The notes beneath the pieces were generated by a model. That model was given only the letters and a program-made list of their open reading frames with translations, had not been told where the DNA came from and searched no databases. Shown here piece by piece: positions 11,572-24,487 of a DNA stretch of 47,976 nucleotides. Each line of letters starts with the position of its first letter. Position 1 is the stretch's first letter. This stretch comes from Octopus sinensis. Lineage: Eukaryota. Position numbers and translations under genes: made by a program. The DNA is taken from positions 1 through 47,976 of the forward strand of contig NW_021834419.1 in the NCBI RefSeq assembly GCF_006345805.1. Direction: 5' to 3'.

Positions 11572-14057
11572 TCACAACAATTTCAAAGGAGTAATAGCCA
11601 GAAGCACCCTTTTAACACAGTCATCTACAGATGAACGCAATCCATCATCCTCAGAAATCACATCCTAATTAATTTATAAAAACAAAATACTTTCGAAGCC
11701 ACATTAACAAAAGCCCTCGAATCGTCCACATTGACAACAATTATATTCGACTCCGCACAAGAGTCAACACAATCAGAACCAAACATATCCGACAACGTTC
11801 GACTAAGACACTTCTTCATCTCATTGGTGTCAATTTCCACTTTCTCCTCCACCAAGGACTCAACATCAGGTTCACCTGCAGAATTTTCGTGAGCTTTGAG
11901 TATAATAGACAGCACTACGTCCGCATATAAATCCGACCCAGGACTAGATGACCACTATTGATCATCACATAAACAAACCTCCATAATTACATAATCTTTA
12001 AAAAAAGTGACACCCACTTTGTCAGCAACTACAATCTTGGAGGATTTCGTGTCCTCTGTAATAGATTCCGTCATTTGTCTCAACATTGTCTTAACCTGGG
12101 CCATCGACCCCGAATAAGGAATTGTCTGCCTTTGTAGAATGGATCCCCTTATTAGTTTTGTATAATCTATCAACAAATGTATAATAATTGTACCAACCAG
12201 TGACTTGGGAGGGGTCCATAATACGGTAATTGAAATTCCGTTTAACAACAACCCCCGAAATTCTATCTCCTGCCCCAAGTCGTTTACCTGCAGCCAATTT
12301 TCCAACAATCTGATTTATAAGCCCGAGATATTACTTTGGCTGTTCTTTCCCCTTTAAAAGACAATTCTACAATTTCCGTATTGGCTGGGTCGTGTAGGTC
12401 AATATTATAGTGAAGATCGTCCTCATATTCTCTTATTAAAGCACCCTTCAGTCTCCCCATCACCGACCGCTCTCCATGCACTAAAATCTGCCCTCAATAC
12501 AAAATTCTAAACAATATGAGAGGGTTTTATAGTGCGGATAAATTCGCTCGTCTGCTTATAATCTGTGTGGGCAGAAAATGAAATGTACTCCACAGAACAT
12601 TTCAAAGGCAGAGACCCTCCCTGAGAGGTCGGAACAGTCTCTGGCGACCTCAAAATTGCCTACATTGACATAACACTAAAAAACTCGCGCAAGTGTCCCT
12701 TCGACACAATATCCGGCAATAATCACTCCATTTTTGGGATCTGTACACCACATTTCAAAAAGGTCTCTACTAAGTCCACTCTGCATCATTCCGGGAGAGG
12801 CAAGCACCACGGAAGGACCAATATCATCAAACTCGTCCAAACTCTATTTTTACACAAATATATATACACGAATATTTGAAATATGCTTAAACATAAACGG
12901 GTTGGAAATCGATATTTGTTTCCGTATTTTCTCGTTCATGGAATCCACAAAAGTCTGGAAGACACTCATACATTTCCTGGCCAACTGGGAGGCGTAGTAT
13001 ATCGGTATTCCGTGAAGACTCGGATTCTGTTCCCAGAACTCGTCTAAATATCAATTTTCCGCTATTTTTGACCAACCGAGTATAAGCAACAGTTCCTGAG
13101 CTCGTCCGAGGGCGAATACTGGAATTAAACACCGTCCACCGCGGGAAACAATTTCCTGAACTCGACTAGTGAATCGATGTTCTCTGTTTTCCTGTGATTC
13201 GTGGATATTAGTCCCATAAGTTGATTCCTGCAGTCAAAACGAATAAAAATCACAATTATGAGCACATCCGGTTTAGTTTTGGGGATTTCCGCGGCCATTA
13301 AATGTCGATCCTCCTCACATGAAAAGTCCCCGGTATATAAGACTTTCACTCCCGCAATTTCAACAAGAAACATGGCAGCCCCGAGGACATGTCCTGCTGA
13401 GGTGCATGAAAATTTTATTCCGTCGACAATCATTTCCTGGTGGTAATCAATGGTCTCAATCTTGGCCATGCTGTCGGCTATGTCTGTTAGGGTGTATAGA
13501 GGACGGTCGGTGTTGGCAAAACTATTTATTTTTTATTATTTATTTTATTATTATTTATTTTATTATTATTTTATTATTATTATTTTATTTTATTATTATT
13601 TTTGAATAAAAAATATAAAAAATGAGTTCTTACCAAACTTTGGCGTAATCAGTCAGAAGCCAGCGATAAATAGCTTTTGTTGCATGTGTCATGAAACAAC
13701 GTCCACGGAATGTAGTTTTTTGTAATAAATACGGCAACGAACCACAATGATCAAGGTGGAAACTATTTTTAGTATAAATAATTTACTGGCTTATTAAAAG
13801 AAGGTCAATTTTATCCAAATCTACAGAATCAAAAAATGGGAGAGAGTCCAGACCATATCTGCCTGGATGTATTCCGCAGTCTAACTATTTGTATTAAAAT
13901 TAATTTAATAATACCATCACTACTTTGTTTTTGAATTCGAGAATTATACAAGAACGACCAACTTCCTGGCCGGCTCCTCTAGTCATTAGAACTCATAAAA
14001 ATACAGTGGATAGACTGAGAGTTTCTCAAAATCACCTAACTCAACAACACCTGACAT
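11572..14057 (-). CDS. CPSF3: Cleavage and polyadenylation specificity factor 73 kDa subunit (metallo-beta-lactamase/beta-CASP endonuclease), multi-exon
   Basis: Spliced: [107 protein letters not shown]; ATG 14055-14057, TGA 11572-11574. Confidence 0.97.
13523..13602. repeat. Imperfect (TTA/TTATT)n microsatellite inside CPSF3 intron 13522-13633
   Basis: About 80 nt made only of T and A in short repeats. Confidence 0.9.
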
Positions 14058-14614
14058 TTGATTTAAATTTAAAACTACAAATTTATATTTATGAATGAAT
14101 CAAGATTATTTATTTTATTAATATTTCGTAAAATATCACAATATCAAGCATATTTATTATAGCACTATATTTATTGCGAAATTTTTAATAGGCCAGAACT
14201 ACGTGATTTTGTTGATTTTCAAAAGCGCTTGAAAATTAGCTGCAAAAAAGTACAAGTCATTAAATGAAGTCAATAATACGGTAAACATGACCATTTTTAT
14301 TTTGATAAGCAAGAAAACGAGTTCGGAACTGTCAAAGCTTCACCCAATTTAATATTTAAAATCAAGAAACCGACCAACAATTTTTTTAATACTACTTTAG
14401 TAGATTATTTGTTTATAAGAGTTTGGAAATTAATTTTCCCAAAAAAAGTTAAGGATAATTTACGAATATGTGACTCAGAAATTTGATTTTATTTATTATT
14501 AAAGATCCCCGAAAAATCATAATTATGTTTTCTTTGTATTCCATATTAAAATTTTCCACATAACTTTTTTTTACGTTTTCTTGTTTTTTTATTAATCGTG
14601 AGGTGAGTGTGGAG

Positions 14615-15700
14615 GATGTTACCAAAAAGTCGTCATTTTGAGCTGAGAATATTTATTGACAGCAATTTCGAACCTAATATTTTGTATAGTGCTAAGTTTG
14701 GTAGTAATTTTATGATTTATTTTTTATAGTTCCTTTCAACTGGATTCGGTTTAAATTGTTCAGTTCTAACTTGATAATTCACCGTTAAAAATTACGAAAT
14801 TATAATTTTGTGGGCAAAAAGTATTAAAAATGTTTTACCATTCGACTTTCGATGATTATGTTAACTCAACAAAATCAAAAGTTGTTTCAAATTATTTAAT
14901 AGCTGAAGTGTGCTAATAAGTGAATTTACAAAAATTGGAGCATTTTGTAGCATTGCTGACCCAAAAATTTTACAAAATCAATAAAACATAAAGAAGTTAA
15001 GTAGATATATTAATTAAAGGAATTCCAAAAATTGATGAAGCGATATTTTGAGATAATTCAATATTTTTAGTTGGATTTGTGCGTGTTATTTGCTTATCTT
15101 GCTGTCTGTGCAACTATCGTTCCAGAGATCCTAGAAATTTATATTCTTTATTCAGTTGATTTTGCTGGCTGTTTTACTAGGAATTGTCTCTCAATCTTGC
15201 GACCCGGTACTGTGTTTTTAATAAATAAAGATACAGTTCCAAATATTGTTAATAAATTTATAATTTTTATTATTGTTAAATATTATTTTTAGTTTAACCC
15301 TAAAATTATAAAATTCAAAAGTTAGTTAGCGTGTTCATTATCGCTTTGTTGCTTTCTTTATTTTACAATTATAATTTACTTTTTTCATTACATTTTGGTG
15401 ATGATTCTTTTGCTCTGATATATATTGATGTTATAAAACGAGCTTTTCAAATCTGAAAAATGATAATCTAGTGTAATTTATTATTTTAATTTATAAGAGA
15501 AAAACTTGTGTCTTTTACTTATATTAAATACCATATCAAATTATTGTTTACCGTATAGGTAGCCATACTTTTTGCAGGCTTTTTGATTGGATTAATTTTT
15601 AAGACGAAAGTGATTGCCCACAAATATAGATTGATTCAAAAATTCGGGAAATAGTAAACTATACTGTTTCTCTTATAAATTTTTGGAAAAAATAGAATCT
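14615..15700 (+). pseudogene. Possible decayed multi-pass membrane protein gene (GPCR-like)
   Basis: Hydrophobic segments, a mini-intron-like gtagtaa...ttatag (about 14701-14730), YLLILLSVQLSFQRS and IVSQSCDPVLCF resembling rhodopsin TM3 and TM7; many stops and no clean splice path; boundaries approximate. Confidence 0.25.
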
Positions 15701-16261
15701 GTAATTGAATTTCGGTTTATGTTAAACATTCTTGTAGCTGTGGAAGTAAAATAAATTATGAATTCTTGGTTTGCAAAAAGAGCGCTGGTCTTTTTCCCGT
15801 AACTTGAAATTCAACAAAACTATTTATTCGATTTTTTATTAGAGCCCTGGGTTTGAACAGAGTGACAGAAAATGCTTAAATATCACGACACTTGTCTCAT
15901 TTTAGAGAGGAAAGTGCATAGTCTAAAACTTCACGTAGGGGGAACGCCTTAGAGAAGTGAATTTTTAATTTTTTGATGACTTTTATTCAAAAATAGGCAA
16001 GAGTCGTTCTCGAATTCGACCAAAACAAAAAATGATGATTCGACAGTGTTGGATATAGATTTGAAAGATTAAGTAAAAAAAGCTTTAAATGTAATTTAAC
16101 AGGTAAATAAATGCTCATAATTTATAGAAACAAATATCTGCGATAGTATTGATTGTGTCTCTGAAAGAATATTTTGTGAATTTTTTTTTGATAATGAAAC
16201 ATTAATTTTAAATTTAATAAATAATAGACGTAGAATCCCACTGTCATCACTCCGAATGAAG

Positions 16262-16387
16262 GTTCCATGCATCTAATATGCAACCCGGATTTACAAGTAA
16301 CGCCGTCATCAGTAATCTCACTGCGGAACCGGATGTCTTAATCAGCCACACTACAAAAATAAAAAAGGGGGACAAGATGGAGCAGAA
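16262..16387 (+). repeat. Dispersed repeat copy A (probable retroelement coding remnant)
   Basis: Aligns with 42453-42571; shared cores ttccatgcatc.aatatgc, cgtcatcagt and gaaccggatgtcttaatc.gccacac. Confidence 0.8.
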
Positions 16388-16819
16388 ACACATGCCTATG
16401 TTTGAATTAGTTATTTTATATGTAACATGTTTTCTTTCTTTCTTGATCTTTACAAAAAAAATGTGGCCGGCCTGAACGAGATGTCAACGTATCGTTTACA
16501 TCTTGCGGCAGGGCTAAAAAATTAACTTAAAACAATTTATCTTCACAATTTTAAATTACCAGCACATAAGATGGCCTGGATGTTCCCCCGAAGATCGGCA
16601 ACGAGACTCTTTAGAGAAGATCAAATGTCTCGTTGTTTTTACTTTTTTGTGAATTATGAACAAAATTGACAATAGTTAAATTTGGCAATTTTATTATTAA
16701 TTATGGTATTAAATTTCTATTTTAGTTATTTAGATATTTGTTGATAAATTAGTATTTTATAACTTTTATCCATTTTTAATTATAAATATAAATTACGCTC
16801 TTAAATATTTTTGCTGATT

Positions 16820-17605
16820 ATGTCTTTTGTTATTTCTTTTATTCTAATAATCAACTCATTAATTTTTTTGGTATTTTCAACTTATAATGTTTTAGACCTT
16901 CACAGGCATTGCAGTTTACGTTGGATCAGTCCTTTTAATATACTTCAAACACACTATTAGTACTTTAAACAGTCCAAAACCATTTTATACTGCCATTGCT
17001 ATTGCCTTTTCAATTGGATTTCTAACCCTCCTTTCCGCAATTTCTGGTTTTATAGCACCCGTCAAAAGATCGAAATGTCAAAGATATTTTGTAATCGATT
17101 AAGTTTTTATTTATTAGTTCATGAGTTTCCTGTGGATTTTGTTTTTTGCGATTTTTACCTTCTTAATATTTCTAGTGATAAAAGATAAGCAAATTATACC
17201 CATAGTTCCTAAACGGATTGATGAAATGGTTCAGGAATACAACTTTTATGCAGTTCCTGTCGATTTTATACAACAAATTGTGAGTTATTTTTAACGAATT
17301 TTTAGTTTAAATGTTGTGGAGGATGGGGAGGACCGTCGGATTATTCAAATAAGACTTTACCCCGTTCTTGTTGTCCAATTTCAGCAACCAATTGTACTTC
17401 CCCGATGGGATATAATGAGGGATGCAGTACTTTGATTTCATATTATTTTACCGAGTATTTCAAGGTCATTGTCGGGTTTACTGCCGCGGTTTTGTCTTTC
17501 CAGGTTTTCTAATTTTTTAATCATTTTTAGATTATTGGAATAATCTCGGTCTGTTATTTGCTCAAGACAGATAGTCACGAATATTTTGAATATAAAAATT
17601 ATTAG
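16820..17605 (+). CDS. Tetraspanin (paralog 1), multi-exon
   Basis: Four hydrophobic segments; large loop FKCCGGWGGPSDY...LPRSCC...C...YNEGC; four short GT-AG introns; TAG at 17603-17605. Confidence 0.9.
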
Positions 17606-18399
17606 TTATTAATTATTCCTTGATTTTCGTTGTTTGATGTTAATTTTGTCTTTTTTTATTTTAACAGTTTTTTGGAACAAATTTATTTGATCAATACAAA
17701 AATCTCATTTATTCCGAATTTAAGCAAAAATTGATCTTGCACGTGTTTATGTTCAAAATTAAATTTTATTTTGCGGTTTTAAACAGACGGTAAAAGGTAT
17801 TTTGTTTTCGGTAAAATAACTTTACATCAACAATCCTCTTTTCAGAATGACCCTAGTTAAACAATCAAAAATAAACGCAAATATTAATAGCTTAATTGTA
17901 TAGCAATTATACAATTAACAAAACTAATTATAAAACTGCTGGGAGCCAGTCCTTCCCAACTGATTTTTCTCATGCCTGTCCTAACGTAGGAAAAAGTCCT
18001 CATATCAGGACCCTTTTTAATTAATATCATAACAAATTTGTATTAGATTATAATAAAGATTCCTGTTACTTCTATACTAGCAATAATATGCCACGATATA
18101 CAAAATATTATTTGTGCATCTTCTTTTATTATTCAATTTGAAGTTAATAATAATTATTATTGATTGAGCATCAAAGACTGGTTACATGTATTGACCTTGA
18201 TAAATCAATTAATTTTCTGATAATCAAAATTTTCGATATGTTAAATAAAATTAAATGTAATGTTCTGGTTTTATCTGATTATCCATTTTTATCATGGCAG
18301 CCTACATTTTTATTGTGATTTATTAGAAAAAAATAAAATACTTTTTGACTATTTTTAATAAATTTTTTAATTAAAATTAGACTAAGATACATGATAACC

Positions 18400-19090
18400 A
18401 CGCCTCACAAAGTGATGATTTCCCGTCGGTTCTGAAACTCACTGGATCAACAGGTGTGATAAAAACGGGATGACGACAACCTATAGCGGCCTGTCCATGT
18501 CGCATATTATAAAGGCCCTGTTATTAGTGCGTGAACAGTATCTCTTGCTGGAATGCACATTCGAGGAAGATCAACGTGTGTTTCATAGAGGTCCCTTGGG
18601 TTCCAAAGAGTTGGGTATTTATATATTATCAAACTGATATTAAAAATATCTGTGTTTTATATTAATCAAAGGCAGTATACGACTGGAATAGGTTCGAGTG
18701 GAATTGGCTCACTGAAGGACCCATTGAAGGAGAAGACAAACTTTGAAAAAAAACCTCTAGTCCTGGGTGACCAAAGAGCATGAGTTCGACAAATTTCCAT
18801 CGGCGAGATGATGAAACAACAAACAATTTCAATAAAAAAATTTATTTTTTAATATAGTAGGTTCGAAATTAGATTTCTATCATTCTATTCTCTTTAATTT
18901 TATTTTGGTTTTATGACATTGACAAGCATGATTTCAAAAATGTAGTACTCTTTAACCAATTAACAAAACTAAAAATCAATAAAAAGATGCGAAAGTACTC
19001 TTTAATTGTGGAGAAGTACCAATTCCTTCCACTTGCAGTTGAGACGTCTGGTTCTTTGGGCGAGAAGGCAATCAGCTTCGTTCAGGAGAC
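18400..19090 (+). mobile_element. Degraded CRE-like non-LTR retrotransposon fragments
   Basis: KMRKYSLIVEKYQFLPLAVETSGSLGEKAISFVQE at about 18985-19088 (RLE C-terminal KY...F.P.AVET.G motif); the upstream GC-richer pieces are only tentatively included. Confidence 0.55.
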
Positions 19091-20403
19091 GATAGTACGC
19101 TCGAACTCTTTCTCGATCGCGTTAGCCTCTTGCCCAGTAAAGCATCACCCCCTTTAAGTCATCCCTTGTGTGAGAAGGTAGTCCTGCCCACGACTTGACA
19201 CAGAGAGATGAGGAAATTATTTAGTGAAAGAAAGTTTATCACCGAATTAAACAATATCCTACCAGTTCTTATATAATCATCTTTTTCTGAAAATGTAGAA
19301 AAAGGTTGATATTGGAATACTTTATGGACAATGCGATCTCTCTGATGTAATTATATAAAATATAAATCGATAGAAGAATAGAAAGGTCGATAAGACGACA
19401 TATGTAGATTGTGAACTCGATCGGCAAATATCAAAACATTGTGGGGACTGTAAACACGTTTACTCTGAGTTAACCCTGGATATCAGAGATCGAACAAAAT
19501 GTTTCAATCAAAGCATTTTTACCCAAAAACGTGATTATACGAATGTAAAATTGTTTCTAAACAAGGAGGACTTACTTTGAAGTTGAAGAAAATAACTTCA
19601 TTGGTTGTTTGAAGATGTTGGGTTGCCCTCAAATTACGGGATCTGTGACCTAATAGCACATTGTGAAGGGACGTTATGAATGAAGACTGTGCGGACTACT
19701 GAGGACACGAAGGTCTGAGAACTATTCGTATAAATTGGATATCCCTTTATATGGTCATAGATGAGATATGGTGTAGTAAACTTGTTCAGGCGAGTTGCCT
19801 TTCGTTGATAAAGTAGGGAGTGGTTAAATAGGGATAAGATTTTTATTAATATAAATCAGATTTTCTTGGTTGTTTGGACATTAATAATTGAGAACTGATA
19901 AATTAAGACCAAACCTGAGGTATTTTTCTGAACACCAAACCCAATTTATTTTGGACATTAAAGCCTCAGAACAAACACTAATATGAATAAAGCAACAATC
20001 TTGTTTGTCTATGTTTAGCTTGTTCATTTCTTTGACAAATATTGTCAAAATTATCCCTTTTGTGTTAAAATTTTAAGATGACAGCTTTATACATCAGAAA
20101 TTGAGGAAGAACCAACAACTAGTCTAGACGAACAGACAGGTTAAAATCATTCATTTACATTAACCGTAACCGCAAGTTGTTTCCCTATTTAATCACCAGA
20201 CAGATACTAAACTTCGTAAGCTGATTTTAATTGATGATTAAGAAAATTATATCTCCTGTGTGGCCTTATTAAGATACTAGTTATAACCCACGTGCGCATT
20301 ATCACAATTTCATTCAAAAGACTCACCTAGTTTATAAGAGATGTGGAAAAAAGTTTTCAGAATGAACACACTCACTTTTTAGTCGTGATGTGAATTTGAG
20401 TTA

Positions 20404-23400
20404 TTATAAACTAAAGAGAGTAACATTGTTAGGACTCTTCCTGCCCAGAAACTTCCTAAGAATAAAGTCATGGACATTAACCAGGATTGAGGAGGCCAGA
20501 ATGAATTCAGATTCTAGGACAATAGTGTAAATAATACTTCGTTTCATGGCAGCATCGGCGGTGAGGTCGATTCTATTTTCGCGGACTATTTTTCCACCTT
20601 TTTTGGATGGCTTCAGCGACCTCCGTGTGACCCGTGATTGTCCTGACACGAATGTACCTGAAGTGTATCCTCTGGATATCTCCATCAATTTAGCCTCGTC
20701 CAAAATAACTGGGGCGTGGTCTACATAGTACCGACAATGCTTTTTCTCGAAACTCTGAGGAATGAGTCCTTAGAGCACCTCTTTGTAGTACTTTTTGAGG
20801 AGAGTGACAATAATTTTATTCTTTTTGAATTTGGAAGAGCTGTTTATGGACACGTTGTTGAGTATCTGGATCATGTCTTTATCAAGCACTCCTTTGGGGT
20901 TCCTGCTCTGGTCAATGACTGAGTGGATGTAGCGGGAGATCATTCTCCACTTGTGAAAGTTGACTAGCCCGTCGGTGAACGAATCGTTGCCACTTTCAAA
21001 GCAGTATAAATCTTTTTGAATTATTGCAAAAAATGGAATCTGCATTTTGAATGAGTGTGGTTAACCACTGGTGGATTTCTAGAATCCTCTAGCAACTTTG
21101 TCCGGTAATTGGCCATATTTCGACGGGGATTCATAATATCTTTCAACATGGTGTATGTTTTGAGAGAACTGGAGGGGATGACGTCCCACAGTTTGTGCAT
21201 CCGAGCCACAGCTGGGTGCATAAGTGCTGAGATGAGAGTAAGACAGGCATTGTAGTTCTTGCTCATTTCTAGCAGCTCTAAAATAATAGGCGTATTTAAA
21301 CGGGCTATCATTATGAATTTATTCAGAGTCTTTGCCCGTTTGTCGCTCTCCGTTTGGAGACAAATCTCGGTGACTACCCACATCATCTGCTTGTTGCTGA
21401 ACTGAGAATGAAATAGAAGATGACCTCAATGTACTGATTAATGATGTTGTTCTCCATTGGGTACAACTGGGACATTTTAGCCATGTAGTGGTAGTTCCCA
21501 ATCGAGTTCATGTATTTAACGTCCTTCTCGTGAATCGCGTCGGCCAAATACTTGTCCTGCAAGTTCAACAAATCGCAGTTGTTTGTAAATTGGGTGGGGT
21601 CAATTTGAGTGATTAGAGATTGGAATTCTGCATTTGAATGAATATAATATCTGCAAACAATCAGGACAAAAACCTACCGTCCATTGAGAGGGAGAATTGC
21701 CACGAGATTCCGCACTGAGAGAGGAAGTTTATGGGCTGTCAGCGAGTCGTCCATAATTACTTGAAAGAGAGAGTAGTCCCTAAAAATAGACACATCAAAA
21801 TAACGTTGAAATTCCTTTCAAATTAAGTTCATATTGGGCAGCCAGAATCACATCCCCGGCAGCCATTTCCTAAAATTTGACCAACCATTTATACTATCGT
21901 GACAGGCAATATACGACTCCCCACACTCACGTGGTAGATCTTCAGAAAGTCTAAAATGCCGTCTTCTGGGGAGTAGGTTTCCAACTGCCTGAAGCATGCG
22001 TAGTACTTTTCGATGCTATAAATCTGTCCCATCCTTTTCAAGCTCTTATAACTTCTCATGTCTCCACTTTTCTTGTTGGATTTCCTCGACTATTGGCAGC
22101 CCACTACCTCGTTTTGAAAAATTTGAAAATTGAGGATTTCTTTTTGCTTCTTTCCCTTGAAGAATGACAATTCCACAAATCTCTTGGCATACTCGACCTG
22201 TTGCATACGAAGCTACCCAATGTGCCTAGGATAGATCAAATGAGAGACCACCGTCAATGTCGGGGGTCACTCTGATCACGTAGTCATCCAATATTTGTTC
22301 CAAAAGAAGAGTGACATCACTCACTTGTAATCCCACGACCGACATTCCGTTGATTTTCGTCAACTGAATATTCGAGAAGGCAATCAACCATGTCGTGCTG
22401 CCTTAGACTGTCTGTATGTTCCAATGTTTTTTCAGAGAATTTCAGTCGAGTTTCCAATTCGAGGAAAGTGCCACTCTTTATAAGAACATCCCTTCCCCAT
22501 CTCCGAGTGTTGCAAACCTCGTAAATCTCCTGGAAAGCATCAAAGTCCTGTCGAGTCAAAAGACAGTCTCACGTGATCAACAATATGACGGGCCACTTTT
22601 AGGAGAAATTGCCACAAATGCGGATCATTAACAAAGTCAAAGTGGCTGTACTTGATCCAATATTTGATGACCCTGATAACCTACAGTCTCACCACTCCTC
22701 TTACTCTCCATTCCTCATTCTCCACCCACTCATTCACCTTCTCCGGCAGAAAGTCCTTCGCAAACATTCGATAAGTCAAGAAAAAATCAGCAAAGTACTC
22801 TTTTGGGGCATCCAATAGCTCATCCACGAGGACTTCTGGTGCGGCCTGAAATGTTACAAATCCCTCACTGCCCTTATAATTACCAAGTCCATTTGATCCC
22901 CCACTTTCTGCCACTCCTTCACACAAACCACGTTCTTTTCATTGTCCCGTGTTCTTATCACGTTCTTCTCAAACTAAAGGTAAGTCTTAAATCTTGCCTC
23001 CTCCAACACGCGGGAGTACTCTGCCTGCCGAATTATCACGAATTGTGCATCCGGCTGGGTCGTTACCATTGTCCCTTCGAAGTATTGTTTGTCCAACGTG
23101 GGAGTTACCCCAAAACTACTATAAGACTGACCAATACCAATCTCCCACTCCCATTTCTATCACTTGTCCGTCTTTTTGTGTGCTCACAGTCCCGTTGATG
23201 ATAACACACCAACTGTCCAGTTCTTCCCCCTGACTCAGCATGGTCACCCCCTCATCATCCACTTGAGCGTACATCATCACTTCACATAACTTTCTTTTAG
23301 TCATGTCAGTCAGATTTGAAAATCCCTATCTTTAACCATCCAACAACTCACTTTCATATGTCGCACAAATTCGAACAGCACTCCCACGTCATTCTCAGAA

Positions 23401-23468
23401 CGCAGCTCAGGCTCTTCCTCCAAAATGTCGTACAAGTCCTTCAATGTCTTGACTTTTGTCACATCCAT
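20404..23468 (-). CDS. RAPGEF2/6: Rap guanine nucleotide exchange factor, PDZ-GEF type (cNMP-binding, REM, degenerate PDZ, RA, CDC25 domains), multi-exon
   Basis: KRKLCEVMMYA..L.QGEELDSWCVIINGTV, CFGVTPTLDKQY, DFFLTYRMF, LRQHDMLTKING, WVVTEIC...RAK.LNKFI.IA, KNYN, M.P.RNMANYR, IPFF.IIQKDL, GLVNFHKWRMIS. Confidence 0.93.
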
Positions 23469-23999
23469 TATTCCTTCATTAATATTCGCATAATTAATTA
23501 GGGATTTTTAAACTTATGGCTATCAATTTGTCCTTTTAAAATAAGTATAATGGATATGGATATATACAGTCAAAAATAGACAGAAATAGAATCTTCGAAT
23601 TTATTTTTGGACATTCAACAAACACTTGACAGGGTTTTTCAACAATTGACCTCCTCGCCATTTGTCTCCAATGAACGCTAAAATGTTTGCTTATTACTTC
23701 TAATAAAGAAAAGTACTTATTTTGTTGTTAGTCACATTCAAGTAACACAACTTTATATTCCAAGATATCTTGAATGGATTCAAATTATCTACTCTTTTAA
23801 AAGTAGCATTCAAAAAATTGTGAATGATATTTGTCAATAAAATAGCAAGTGCTCTTCTTTATCTAAAATTAGTCAAAACGATTAGTGAAGACCAAACCAG
23901 AGAGATATAAAAATGATTAAAATAACAAAACGAAAAAACGATGAGGATAGGCCATCAAAAAAAGATTTTGTACTTCTACGTACAAATAATGACATCAAT

Positions 24000-24382
24000 C
24001 GGCCAAGATATCTGTTATATGAAAACGTCCTGATGGGATCACAATTTTCCCATTTGAAGAGGGGAAACCCCTAGTCTGGGACGCAACCTGTTTGGACACT
24101 CTCTGCCCGTCCAACATTGCCGGGAGCGCAGTGGACAGACTGTATGCCGCGGAAAAAACGATGAGGGCAAAGGAGAGAAAATATGAAGCGCTGCGAGATC
24201 GATTCGTGTTCTGTCCGAAATCGCTTCGCTTCCTAAAGAAGCTTGGACGCTTAGCCACATTAAAAAGCCACGACACACGTGAGACCCGGTGGCTTCTCCA
24301 GTTGATCTCCGTTGCTATCGTGAGAGGCAACGCAACGTCAATTATGTTGGCGGGGTCCATTTCGAATAGATGGCTTTGTTAA
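24000..24382 (+). mobile_element. CRE-like non-LTR retrotransposon endonuclease / 3' fragment
   Basis: KRPDGITIFPFEEGKPLVWDATCLDTLCPS...KERKY...WLLQLISVAIVRGNATSI. Confidence 0.85.
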
Positions 24383-24487
24383 CTTCTAGTAAATTACAAT
24401 TAAAATTTAAATGACACATATTTGTAATTTTATCAAAAAAAGTTAAAAAAGTACAAAATGTAAAAATATTAAAATCTCTTTTTTAAG

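Noticed and set aside
17840-17920. AAAATAAACGCAAAT resembles a tmRNA resume-codon context
   Set aside because: No tRNA-like 5' or 3' ends or proteolysis-tag ending; eukaryotic nuclear context; likely chance in AT-rich DNA
22416-23501. Several plus-strand ORFs over the RapGEF
   Set aside because: Antisense shadows in a GC-richer coding region with no recognisable motifs
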